Below, one piece after another: positions 1 through 8,100 of a DNA stretch of 42,693 nucleotides. A program made the position numbers and the translations under genes. The notes beneath the pieces were generated by a model. It was not told the origin of the DNA, ran no database searches, and saw only the letters and a list, made by a program, of their open reading frames with translations. The DNA is from Candidatus Brocadiia bacterium. GTDB taxonomy: Bacteria; Planctomycetota; MHYJ01; JACQXL01; JACQZI01. Numbering within the stretch: the first letter of the stretch is position 1; each line of letters opens with the position of its first letter. The stretch is from contig JAGVQN010000103.1 of assembly GCA_020051675.1 (NCBI GenBank), positions 1-42,693 of the forward strand, written 5' to 3'.

Positions 1-7
1 AAACGTC

Positions 8-145
8 TATTTGTTAGGATGGGTTATTTAAAGCAATAACTAAGGTTCACCCCGTAAGAAAGTGCCCTTAAGGACACTTCTTACGGGGTGAATGTGTATT
101 TGCTCGGCTGGGTTCTGTAAAAGTTACCCCGCCTTGCGGGGTTAC
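8..145 (+). repeat. Two direct copies of a ~26-nt motif (8-33 and 97-123), each followed by a GC-rich hairpin (46-92 and 123-145)
   Basis: Copies are tatttgttaggatgggttatttaaag and tatttgctcggctgggttctgtaaaag. Hairpin arms are ttcaccccgtaagaa...ttcttacggggtgaa (about 18 bp, one bulge) and accccgc-ctt-gcggggt. Confidence 0.7.
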
Positions 146-178
146 ACCGCGGGTTACGTTAGGTTACAATGAGGTTAC
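122..178 (+). promoter_or_regulatory. Helically phased GGTTAC direct-repeat array, a candidate regulator binding site upstream of the M48 protease gene
   Basis: GGTTAC at 140-145, 152-157, 162-167 and 173-178, plus AGTTAC at 122-127. Start-to-start spacing is 12/10/11 bp. The array lies about 100 bp upstream of the ATG at 277. Confidence 0.4.
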
Positions 179-276
179 GGTGGCGGCCCCGGTATTCGGC
201 AGGACGGCTGATTAATAAAAAATGGAACGGCGAATTCTTTGACGACAGGTTTTTCTAATGGTTTAATAAGCCTTCT

Positions 277-1929
277 ATGTTCATGCTGATTTTCCTCATC
301 ATCGGCGGGTTTTTAATCGGGCTGTCTTACCCATTGGGCTTTGAACCACTTTACTTTAAGCCCGCGCTTACTCTGATAGCCTGCCCTGCCCTGACCCTTT
401 TATACGTCCTTGCCGGCGGGTTTCTGGTGAGATTCTACCTTAAAAGAATTAAGTCAGCTCAACCATCCAGCGCGGAATTCCATTCCATAATCAGGAAATA
501 CGCGAAACGGGTCCTCTTCTACCGCATTTCGTTACTGCTTGTTTACGCCGCCCAGATTTATCTCCTCCACTGGCCGCTTATCATCACTCACTGGCTCGGG
601 ATTGGAGACGTGGTCTTTGTAACCTTGCTTTTAGTCCTGGCGCCGTTTTTCGTTACTTACACCTTAAGCCTGCTCCCGTTTTACCGGATGGATTGTTTCA
701 TCAGGTCATCGCAATGGACTATCAGGGAGTTTCTGGTCTTCCAGATGAGAAGTTTTTTCCTGGTAATTGCCTTGCCGCAGTTTGTCTTCACTTTCTTATT
801 TGAAGATTTAATCCCCCGGGTAGAAATATGCAGGGAATTAATTTATATCTATCCTTTAAGCGGGTGGCTGATGGCTTTGGGGGTGATGTTTGTGATGTTT
901 GTGTCCGCGCCGTTCGTCCTTAAACTACTCTGGGGCTTGAAGCCGCTTCCGGAGGGCGAATTGCGGGAGCGCCTTATGAAACTCAAGGATAAAGCCGGAG
1001 CGAGGCTTCGGGATATCATGGTCTGGCCTATCGGCCGGGGCAGGATGGCGAATGCAATGGTCATCGGATTAATCCCGCAATGGCGTTACGTTATTTTTAC
1101 GGATACGATATTGGAGCAGTTGACGCCGGAAGAGACCGAGACGGTTTTCGGTCACGAAATCGGCCATGCCCGGCAGTATCACCTCCTGTTTTACCTCATG
1201 TTTGGAATCGGCTTTCTGTGCTTGGCATTGGTTTTAATGCAGATTATGGAAAGCTATTTTAGCGGCAACAGCTTATGGATACAGGGGAATATCTTTGCGT
1301 TTATGATGGTGTATTGGATAGTGATTTTCGGGTATCTTTCAAGGCGGCTGGAGCACCAGGCGGATTTATTCGGTTCTTTGATTACCGATAATTTCAGCGG
1401 GTTTGCCAATGCCCTGCGTAAAATCGCCTCGCTTAACGCGATGTCCGGCTCGGAGAAATCCGTCCAGCATCCGAGCATAGAAAAGCGGGTGCGGTTCCTT
1501 GAGGCGGCCCAAGTCTCCCCGGATTTTATCAAGGGCTTTATTAAATCATTAAGGAAGACTATTTATATATTGACCGCGCTAATGACGCTGGGCGTGCTGG
1601 GGTCTGCCTGGGTGATGTATAAACAGCTGGAAGAAATGCCGGACCTCAAGATGAAGTTTACCAGAAACCGGATGGTCGGCGAAATGGCCGAAAAAGGGGA
1701 AAAACTGCTTAATGAGAAAAAGTATGCCGACGCTGTGAGACAACTGGAAAAGGTGATTTCTTTTTATTCAGCCGAGCCGGTGTATTTTACCCTGCTGGGG
1801 GACGCGTATTTCGCAAGGGATGGCCGGCTTTCAACGGAAGCGAGCGAAGCATACCAAAAGGCGCAAGCACTTGAGCCGATACATCCAATTATCCGGATGC
1901 ACTTGAAAGAAAGGCTGGAAGTGGAATAA
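277..1929 (+). CDS. Polytopic membrane M48-family zinc metalloprotease with C-terminal TPR-like region
   Basis: 550-aa ORF with multiple hydrophobic segments, the HEXXH motif in TVFGHEIGHARQYH, and a C-terminal TPR-like stretch (YFTLLGDAYFARDG...AYQKAQALEP). Confidence 0.8.
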   Translation: MFMLIFLIIGGFLIGLSYPLGFEPLYFKPALTLIACPALTLLYVLAGGFLVRFYLKRIKSAQPSSAEFHSIIRKYAKRVLFYRISLLLVYAAQIYLLHWPLIITHWLGIGDVVFVTLLLVLAPFFVTYTLSLLPFYRMDCFIRSSQWTIREFLVFQMRSFFLVIALPQFVFTFLFEDLIPRVEICRELIYIYPLSGWLMALGVMFVMFVSAPFVLKLLWGLKPLPEGELRERLMKLKDKAGARLRDIMVWPIGRGRMANAMVIGLIPQWRYVIFTDTILEQLTPEETETVFGHEIGHARQYHLLFYLMFGIGFLCLALVLMQIMESYFSGNSLWIQGNIFAFMMVYWIVIFGYLSRRLEHQADLFGSLITDNFSGFANALRKIASLNAMSGSEKSVQHPSIEKRVRFLEAAQVSPDFIKGFIKSLRKTIYILTALMTLGVLGSAWVMYKQLEEMPDLKMKFTRNRMVGEMAEKGEKLLNEKKYADAVRQLEKVISFYSAEPVYFTLLGDAYFARDGRLSTEASEAYQKAQALEPIHPIIRMHLKERLEVE

Positions 1930-1949
1930 AAAGGCGGGGCAGATAATTT

Positions 1950-1996
1950 ACAACCCCCTTTAATCCCCCTTTGAAAAGGGGGAATGAGGGGGGTTG
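1950..1996. terminator. Nested GC-rich hairpin between convergent genes, a probable bidirectional terminator
   Basis: Outer arms acaaccccc / gggggttgt enclose an inner hairpin tccccctt-tgaa-aaggggga. It lies between the M48 stop (1929) and the HU stop (2010). Confidence 0.6.
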
Positions 1997-2009
1997 TTCT
2001 ATATTGCTA

Positions 2010-2279
2010 TTAAATCGTTTTCTTCAGTTCATCACCCGCGTGGAAGCTGACCTTTTTGCCCGGCTTAATCTTAATAGCTGCGCCGGTGCGCGGGTTGCGT
2101 CCGATGCGCCCTTTCCTGGCTTTCACGGCGAAAGAGCCGAATCCGACCAGCCGCAGCGCCTGATGCTTTTTCAGGCCTTCTGCAATGCAGTTAAGAGTGC
2201 AGTTGAGCCACCGCTCCGCGGAAACCTTGGTTTCATGCTGACATTTTGCCATTGCATTAACTAAATCCCCTTTATTCAT
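2010..2279 (-). CDS. hup: HU/IHF-family DNA-binding protein
   Basis: 89 aa. MNKGDLV...GFGSF...RKGRIGRNPRTGAAIKI is the classic HU arm motif. GGAGG lies upstream of the start. Confidence 0.9.
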   Translation of the reverse strand: MNKGDLVNAMAKCQHETKVSAERWLNCTLNCIAEGLKKHQALRLVGFGSFAVKARKGRIGRNPRTGAAIKIKPGKKVSFHAGDELKKTI

Positions 2280-2440
2280 TCAGCTCACCTCCTTCTTATC
2301 TTTTAACCAGACACTTTATTTCGTATATTATTTATTAGCACTAAAGTATATCAATTATTTCTAACAGGGTCAATAGAAAAATCATATCGGCAGAGAAAAT
2401 TAATGTGTCGTAACAAAAGGAGGAGGAACGGAAAATCCGG

Positions 2441-2776
2441 TTAACGGGAAGAGAACTCTTCTTCAAAAGTCCGTTTATGGACCCTTTTAATCATCTCCAC
2501 GGATTTTTTAAGGTGTTCGATTATTTCCTTGCGTTTCCATTTGGGGTTATTTTCTATCTGTTCGATGATGGAGTTAAGCGCTTCTTCGCGGTGGTTCAGG
2601 CGTTTGCCGACTTTCAGCTTCTTAAAATCGTAACCCAGCTTGCGCGCCGTGCCGAAGACCAGATCCATGGTGGATTTTTCCGCCTGGATACCGTGTTTTT
2701 CGGTGAGGATGTCGCGGACTAAATCAGCTTCCATGCGGAGCATTTTCGCCAGCTCACCCAATGTAACAACCGACAT
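2441..2776 (-). CDS. Hypothetical small basic protein, possibly with an N-terminal HTH
   Basis: 111-aa ORF divergent from mtaB. N-terminus is VTLGELAKMLRMEADLVRDIL. I recognise no family. Confidence 0.5.
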   Translation of the reverse strand: MSVVTLGELAKMLRMEADLVRDILTEKHGIQAEKSTMDLVFGTARKLGYDFKKLKVGKRLNHREEALNSIIEQIENNPKWKRKEIIEHLKKSVEMIKRVHKRTFEEEFSSR

Positions 2777-2911
2777 AACCGGGCCCCTTTATAAGAATGT
2801 AATGAATAACCTTATAATACAATCGCATGCCGCAAAGGTCAACATAATTTCACGGGAAAAATACTTGACACTGCAGGAAAATAGTTTATGTTGAATGGAA
2901 AGGTTTGGGAA

Positions 2912-4132
2912 ATGGGCAATAAGTATACATATAATATAGCCACTTTAGGTTGCAAGGTGAACCAGGCGGAAAGCTACGCCCTCCAGTTAAGCTTAAGCCG
3001 CCGGGGCTGGGCTTTGGCCCAAGAAAGCCCCGAGATATATTTTGTCAATACCTGCGCGGTCACGCAGGCGAGCGAGGGAAAATCCAGGCGGATAATCAAG
3101 CGGATTATGCGGGAGAATCCCGAGAGCCGCCTAATCGTAACCGGATGCTATGCCAGCCGCAACCCGGAGGAAATAAGAGAGAGCCTGCGAGAAGGGATTG
3201 ATTTAATCGTCGCGCAGGGGGATAAAGAAACGATTCCCGGCCTGCTTGAGAAACGGGATAACCCGGCAAGCGGATTCAGCCACCGGACCAGGGCGTTCCT
3301 TAAGATTCAGGACGGATGCGCCAATTATTGCTCTTATTGCATAGTGCCTTTTTTAAGAGGAGCGCCCCGGAGCAGGCCGTTACATGATGTCCTGAAAGAA
3401 GCGCGTGAATTAGCCGGGAGCGGTTATAAAGAGATAGTTTTAGTCGGGATAAACCTGGGTAATTATACGGAGCTGGGGGCGTTGCTTAACAAGATGTCTT
3501 TGATGGGAGCGTTACTGAGGATACGCCTGAGCTCTTTGGAGCCGAACCATATAACGGATGAATTATTGAGCCGGATAAAAGATAGCCGGAAGGTATGCCC
3601 GCATTTCCATATTCCATTGCAAAGCGGGAGCGATAAGGTTTTAAAAGAGATGCGCCGTCGGTATGACAGCCGCGGATACCTTGAGATTGTTAAAAAGATA
3701 AGAAAGGCGTTTAAGAATCCCGGCGTGACGACCGATATCATAGTCGGTTTCCCGGGCGAAAGCGAGGCTGATTTTGAAGAGACATTAAATGTTGCCAAAA
3801 GCGCGGAATTTAGTAAGATACATATTTTCCCGTATAGCCCAAGGCCCGGAACCAAAGCGGATGGCGCAAACGAACCGGTTAAGCTAAAAACGGTAAAAGA
3901 AAGATGCGGGGAATTAAAAAGCCTTGGGGAGAGGCTGGCGCTGGGTTACAAGAAACAGTTTGTCGGGAAAAGAGTTGAAGTTTTAACCGAAGGCAAAGGA
4001 GAGAGCGGCTTTACCCCGGAATATGTGAAGGCGCGGTTAAAACATAGCTATCCGGATAAAGTTAATAAAGTAATTGATGTTTTAATTGATAGGGCGGCGA
4101 ACGAATATTTAGAAGGCGATATTTGTTTATGA
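2912..4132 (+). CDS. mtaB: MiaB/MtaB-family radical-SAM tRNA methylthiotransferase (MtaB-like)
   Basis: N-terminal TLGCKVNQAES and radical-SAM CANYCSYCIVP. The ORF opens at 2888, but ATG 2912 is preceded by GGAAAGG. The stop overlaps the next start (ATGA). Confidence 0.8.
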   Translation: MGNKYTYNIATLGCKVNQAESYALQLSLSRRGWALAQESPEIYFVNTCAVTQASEGKSRRIIKRIMRENPESRLIVTGCYASRNPEEIRESLREGIDLIVAQGDKETIPGLLEKRDNPASGFSHRTRAFLKIQDGCANYCSYCIVPFLRGAPRSRPLHDVLKEARELAGSGYKEIVLVGINLGNYTELGALLNKMSLMGALLRIRLSSLEPNHITDELLSRIKDSRKVCPHFHIPLQSGSDKVLKEMRRRYDSRGYLEIVKKIRKAFKNPGVTTDIIVGFPGESEADFEETLNVAKSAEFSKIHIFPYSPRPGTKADGANEPVKLKTVKERCGELKSLGERLALGYKKQFVGKRVEVLTEGKGESGFTPEYVKARLKHSYPDKVNKVIDVLIDRAANEYLEGDICL

Positions 4133-5109
4133 GATTAATAAAAGAGATACTGGCGTTTATCAATAAGCACCAGAGATTCCTTATCACGGCGCATGCCCGC
4201 CCGGATGGCGATGCGCTGGGGAGCGAGCTGGCGCTGGCATTGTTCCTTAAGAAGATGGGCAAAAACGTCCGGATAGTCCATCAGAACGATATCCCCTCGG
4301 AATATAATTTTTTGCCCGGGCGAAAGATGGTCGAGGAGATAAGCGGCCCGGTTACGGACAGCAATCTTGACGCGATATTTATCCTTGATTCGGACGGGCT
4401 TGACCGGCTGGAAAAATTAGCCGGATATATCCCGCTTAATCTGCCGACGGTTAATATAGACCATCATCCTTCAAACAACCATTTCGGGGTAATCAACTGG
4501 GCGGATGGGAGCATGAGCTCGGTTGGGGAGATGGTTTACCGGCTGATAAAGGCATCGGAGGTTCCCATAGACAAGAATATCGCAATCAATTTATATGTAT
4601 CGCTCATGACCGATACGGGCAATTTTTGTTATGCCTCGACCACGCCTTCTTCGCATTTGATGGCGAGTGATTTATTGCGCCAGAAAATAAACCTGACCCA
4701 GGTTTTCCAGAAGATTTATAAGAACCTGACGTTGAAAGACCTTGCCTTAAGGTGCGATTGCACCGGCCGGATAAGAATCGTTGCCGGTGGAAAGATCGCT
4801 TATACGGAGCTGACCCGCTCTATGTTTAGAAAACACCGGACCGAGCCGCGCGATACACAGCAGTATTTTGATTTAATCCGTTCGATTAAGGGCGTGAAGA
4901 TATCGCTGCTTTTCCGTGAGTCCAAGAATAAAGGCGAAGGGGTTAAGGTTGGGATAAGGACCGAACCGCCGATTAATGCCAGCAAGCTGGCGCTTGTCTA
5001 CGGAGGAGGCGGGCATTACCGGGCGGCCGGATGCACGATTTATAAGCCATTGCGGGAAGCGCAGAAGATTATCGTTAAGGAGGCCGAGAAGTTTATCCAG
5101 GGGAAATAA
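4129..5109 (+). CDS. nrnA: DHH/DHHA1 phosphoesterase (NrnA-type oligoribonuclease / pAp phosphatase)
   Basis: Motifs HARPDGDALGS, NIDHHPSN and GGGGH. The ATG at 4129 overlaps the mtaB stop. The track ORF begins at a TTG at 4123. Confidence 0.8.
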   Translation: MRLIKEILAFINKHQRFLITAHARPDGDALGSELALALFLKKMGKNVRIVHQNDIPSEYNFLPGRKMVEEISGPVTDSNLDAIFILDSDGLDRLEKLAGYIPLNLPTVNIDHHPSNNHFGVINWADGSMSSVGEMVYRLIKASEVPIDKNIAINLYVSLMTDTGNFCYASTTPSSHLMASDLLRQKINLTQVFQKIYKNLTLKDLALRCDCTGRIRIVAGGKIAYTELTRSMFRKHRTEPRDTQQYFDLIRSIKGVKISLLFRESKNKGEGVKVGIRTEPPINASKLALVYGGGGHYRAAGCTIYKPLREAQKIIVKEAEKFIQGK

Positions 5110-5123
5110 TTATTCGGGGAATT

Positions 5124-5160
5124 AAAGAAGCGCCCCGACTTACGTCCGGGACGCTTCTTT
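5124..5160. terminator. Bidirectional intrinsic terminator between convergent nrnA and the giant coiled-coil gene
   Basis: Stem aaagaagcgccccg / cgggacgcttcttt (one mismatch) with a 9-nt loop, followed by a T-run on the plus strand. Confidence 0.75.
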
Positions 5161-5161
5161 T

Positions 5162-8100
5162 TTATCTGTTCCGATTTTTAAGCATATCTTTGCTGTTGTT
5201 CAGCCACAGTTCCACCTGGGCGCGTTTGGGGTCGTCTTTCGGAGATAATTCAAGGTATTTTGTGTAGCTGACAATCGCATCCTCCGGGCGGTTCATGCTT
5301 TGGTGATAAAGCATGCCCAGATTATAATAGAAATCCCTGTCCATGGGATCTATCACGATGCCGTTTTTGTAAGCCTGTTCGGCTTCAAGATACATCTGGG
5401 CGCGCGTAAAGGCGACGCCGAGGTTGAAGTTAGCGTCTTTCTTGGTTTTATCTACCAGTTTGTTGGCCTGGCTTAAGCGCACACCGAGTTCCTGCACCTG
5501 GTTAATATAATCGGATTCTATCTTTTTTACTTCCTGGCTGACCTTTTCGTCGAAATCGAGTTTCAAGGCGGTCTTTTCCTTTTCCAGTTCCAGCGCCTTA
5601 TCGCGCAGGTCCATTTCTACCTTTCGCAATTCTTTGGAAGTAGCCCTTTCGTCATCCAATTGTTTTGTCAGGGAGCTGTTCCGGTCACGCAGGTCTTTGA
5701 GCGACTTTGTGGTTTCTTCGTCATGGTCTTTCAAAGAATTCTGCAGGTTAGTAAGTGTTTTATTGGTGTTTTCCAGCTTTGCGGTCAGCTCGGAAACCTG
5801 CCAGGTCAAGCCGCGGTTTTGTTCTTTCGTGGCGGTTAAATCTGTCTGGATTTTGTATTTCTCATCGCGTTCTTTTTGGATGACCTGGTTAAGGTCGGTG
5901 TCGGTGGTTTTAAGTTTGGTCTCAAGCTGGGAAATTTGCTTGTCAAGCTGGGTAATTTTATCCTTATAAGAGGAGTTGTCCCTTGAAAGACCGCTTGAAT
6001 AATCATTCAGCTGTTTAACCTGGTCTTCAAACCTTTTCTTGTCGGCATTTAGCGTTTTAAGCTGGGTGTTTAATTCCGTCATCTGGTCTTTCAGCGAGGT
6101 TTCAAGAGTAGCAACCTGTGCGGTCAGCTGGTTTTTGGACGTCTCCAGCTTGGTTTTTTCCCTGGTCAGGTCCGACAGCTGGTTTTGGGCGGACTCAAAT
6201 TGTTTTTCAACGGATTCCTTTTCCTTACTCACTTTCTTGATGGTTTCGTTAAGGTCGTATTTATCCTTCAGGACATCCAGCATTTTCTTGTTGGTTTCCT
6301 TCATGCTGTCGCTCAGCTTGGAGTTTTCCGCGATATATTTTTTCAGGTCCTGGTCTGTCTGGGCGATGATTTTTTCGTTCTGGGCGTTTGAGTTTTCCAG
6401 GCGGCTGACGTCCTTGGTCAAAACGGAGACCTTGTCCTGGCTGATTTTCCACTGGCTTAAGTATTCGTTCTTTTCGCTCATTTCTTTCCGTAAGGAAGCG
6501 GAAAGCTCATCGAGCTTATCGCGGTTTTCTTTTTCCAGATTGGCGATAGTCGTTGCCTGAAAAGTGTTTTTCTCGCGCAGGTCTTTGACATCCTGTGCCA
6601 GGCTATCCGCCATCGCCACTTTTTCGTTAAGCGAGGTTATCTGGTTCTTGGCGGAGTTAAGCTCCTGCCGGACAGATTGGTTTTCTTCGTGGGCGGTCAA
6701 CAGCGAGTTTTCCATATCTTTGATTATTTTCGCATTGGCCGTGATGGTGTTTTCCTGGGCCAAGGTTTTACCTTTAAGGTTGATTACTTCCTTATCCAAA
6801 TCAGCTAGGCGTTTTTGGGATTCGTTGAATTGCTTATAGTAAGTTTCCTTTTCCATCTTTTCCCGGCTTACGGAATCCGTCAAAGTGGAGACTTTCATAT
6901 TAAGCGAGGCGTTTTCCTCCCGGACCGTATTCATCTGCTTTAAATAGCTTTCTTTGTCTTTGATTTCGCGGGCAAGCGCATCCTTTTGCCTGTTCAGGTC
7001 GTTTTCCAAGGCGGCTATTTTATAAGTGGATTCTTGGAGCTGAGAGTAATACGCTAATTTTTGCTCCTGCTCTTTGGCGATATTTTTTACCAGGTCATCG
7101 CGTTCTTTTTGCAAGCGGTTTAATTGGTCTTGCAGTTGCGTTTTTTCGCGGGACGTTTGGGTTAGTTTGTCCTGAGTATCGTTTAATTCCTTGGTGTATT
7201 TATTTTTATCCGTTTTCCCCGATGTAATTTCTTTTTCGCAGTCGACGATGGATTTTTCCAGAGAGGAAACTCTTTCCTTTAAGGTATTATTTTCATGGGT
7301 CAGTTTATTGGCTTTTTCATCCGCTTTGGTGAAATCGGCGTAGACTTTCATCTTATCCGAGCGTTCAGCAGCCAATTTGTTGCTTACATCCTTTAAGTCG
7401 TTTTCCAGAACGGCTTTTTTGTTTTCCAGTAACGTGATTTCTTTGCTCATCGACTCGACTTTTAACCGGTTGGTATTATTTTCATCCGCTAAAACCGAGC
7501 AGTCCGATTTATATTTTTCCGCGGTTTTCTTTTGGCTTGAAAGCTCTTCGTTTAAACTGTTCAGCCGTTCCGCCAGCATGTTAACCTGTTTTAAAGCGGA
7601 TTCCTTTTCCGTTTCGGCGGTTCTTAAAGACCTGTTTAATTCGGTCGCTTCGGCCTGTGTGAAAAGCAGCCTTTCGTTTAATTTCGCGTTAGCGGCAGTT
7701 GTTTCGGTGACGGTTCTGTTGAGCGCGTCAATAGTCACCTGCAAAGAAAAGAGTTCCCGCTTGGCGTTTTCCAGCTGAGACTCGGTTTTGTTGTATTGAT
7801 TTATACTTTCGGTCATTCGCGCCTGAAGAGTTTCCTTGTCTTTTGTCAGGCGGTCGCGTTCCGCGGTCAAATCCTGGATGCTTCTGCTTGCTTGCGCCAA
7901 CTGGTCTTTTATTGAATGCAATTCGCCCGTCAGCTGGCGCTGTTCATTAGACCACTTATCCCGGTCTTCCTGGGCCTTTGCGGTGGTTTTTTCCAGGACT
8001 TGCTCCAGCCGCCTGAGCGTTTTGCTTGATTCGGTGTTTTCCGCGGACAGGCTGTTTATCGTTATGGTTTTATCCGAGTTTTCCTTTGTCAGTTGGGTCA

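Noticed and set aside
1971-2264. 97-aa plus-strand ORF opposite the HU gene
   Set aside because: It is antisense to a textbook HU sequence and starts inside the terminator hairpin.
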